DNA from: a virus
Taxonomy: Duplodnaviria > Caudoviricetes
Direction: 5' to 3' (one strand)
IMG/VR virus record: IMGVR_UViG_3300028610_002065
Coordinates: 8,182-72,181 of that record
Length of the DNA stretch: 64,000 nt
A model generated the notes under the pieces. It was not told the origin of the DNA. It saw only the letters and a list, made by a program, of their open reading frames with translations, and ran no database searches. The translations under genes and the position numbers were made by a program. Position 1 is the first letter of the stretch, and each line of letters begins with the position of its first letter. Below are positions 63,691 through 64,000 of this stretch, in pieces.

Positions 63691-63978
63691 CTAGACTTTC
63701 TTTAAAGGCGTGTTATGTTTCATTCCCCTGTTTAATATTTCTTCAACAAATTTATCATGAAGGGCGACTGTTGAATTTACAAATGGTTTATTGACTGGTT
63801 TGCGTAAGACAGCTCCTGCATAGAGCATATGAGTTTTCTTATGATAATCTAGCAGGAGCTTGTCATTTAATAATGCAGGATTCTTATCCTGTATACTCTT
63901 GTAATTTTTTTTATTGTTTTGTTCCAATACTCGACGGCGAGCTTCCGCAACTCTTCGTTTTTTACCACAGCATGCCAT
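63691..63978 (-). CDS. Hypothetical basic protein
   Basis: 95 aa, MACCGKKRR start, GGGGG RBS. Confidence 0.6.
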   Translation of the reverse strand: MACCGKKRRVAEARRRVLEQNNKKNYKSIQDKNPALLNDKLLLDYHKKTHMLYAGAVLRKPVNKPFVNSTVALHDKFVEEILNRGMKHNTPLKKV

Positions 63979-64000
63979 TAAGAATTACCCCCTTAATCCG

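Noticed and set aside
1-64000. Stop-codon reassignment as in some large phages
   Set aside because: Genes tile tightly under code 11, conserved proteins are full length, and TAA, TAG and TGA all end genes.

Overview
This 64 kb window is part of a large, AT-rich tailed dsDNA phage genome. Every credible gene is on the minus strand, genes are tightly packed, use the standard code and have GGAG-type RBSs. All family calls come from motif recognition by eye, with no database search. In transcription order (right to left): (i) a PrsW-like membrane protease and a candidate sigma-like protein; (ii) a probable late block with a first beta'/beta RNA polymerase pair (likely virion RNAP) and a very basic protein; (iii) an ~800-nt array of stem-closed, tRNA-like ncRNAs directly upstream of a TROVE/Ro60-like vWA gene and an ARPP-1-like gene; (iv) a replication/recombination block (SSB-like, MoxR AAA + vWA, topo IIA B and A, DNA MTase, QueD, SF2 helicase, Mre11/Rad50-like pair, six paralogues starting MKIKxDFVTNSS); (v) a ubiquitin-like conjugation cluster (E2-D, JAB, two E1/ThiF, a frameshifted Ubl ending in GRKG, a small HPN..C E2-like protein); (vi) a second beta'/beta pair (likely non-virion RNAP), FolE2, a minimal PolB-like protein preceded by three more stem-closed RNAs; (vii) a late block with terminase, tape measure and baseplate-like genes. 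Most striking finding: five RNAs share one scaffold (helix-ACU-helix-UUCAG-variable domain), two of them carry tRNA-derived domains, and they are interspersed with CCA-ended minihelices next to a Ro60-like gene. I interpret this, as inference, as a multi-Y-RNA-like ribonucleoprotein system encoded by a phage.
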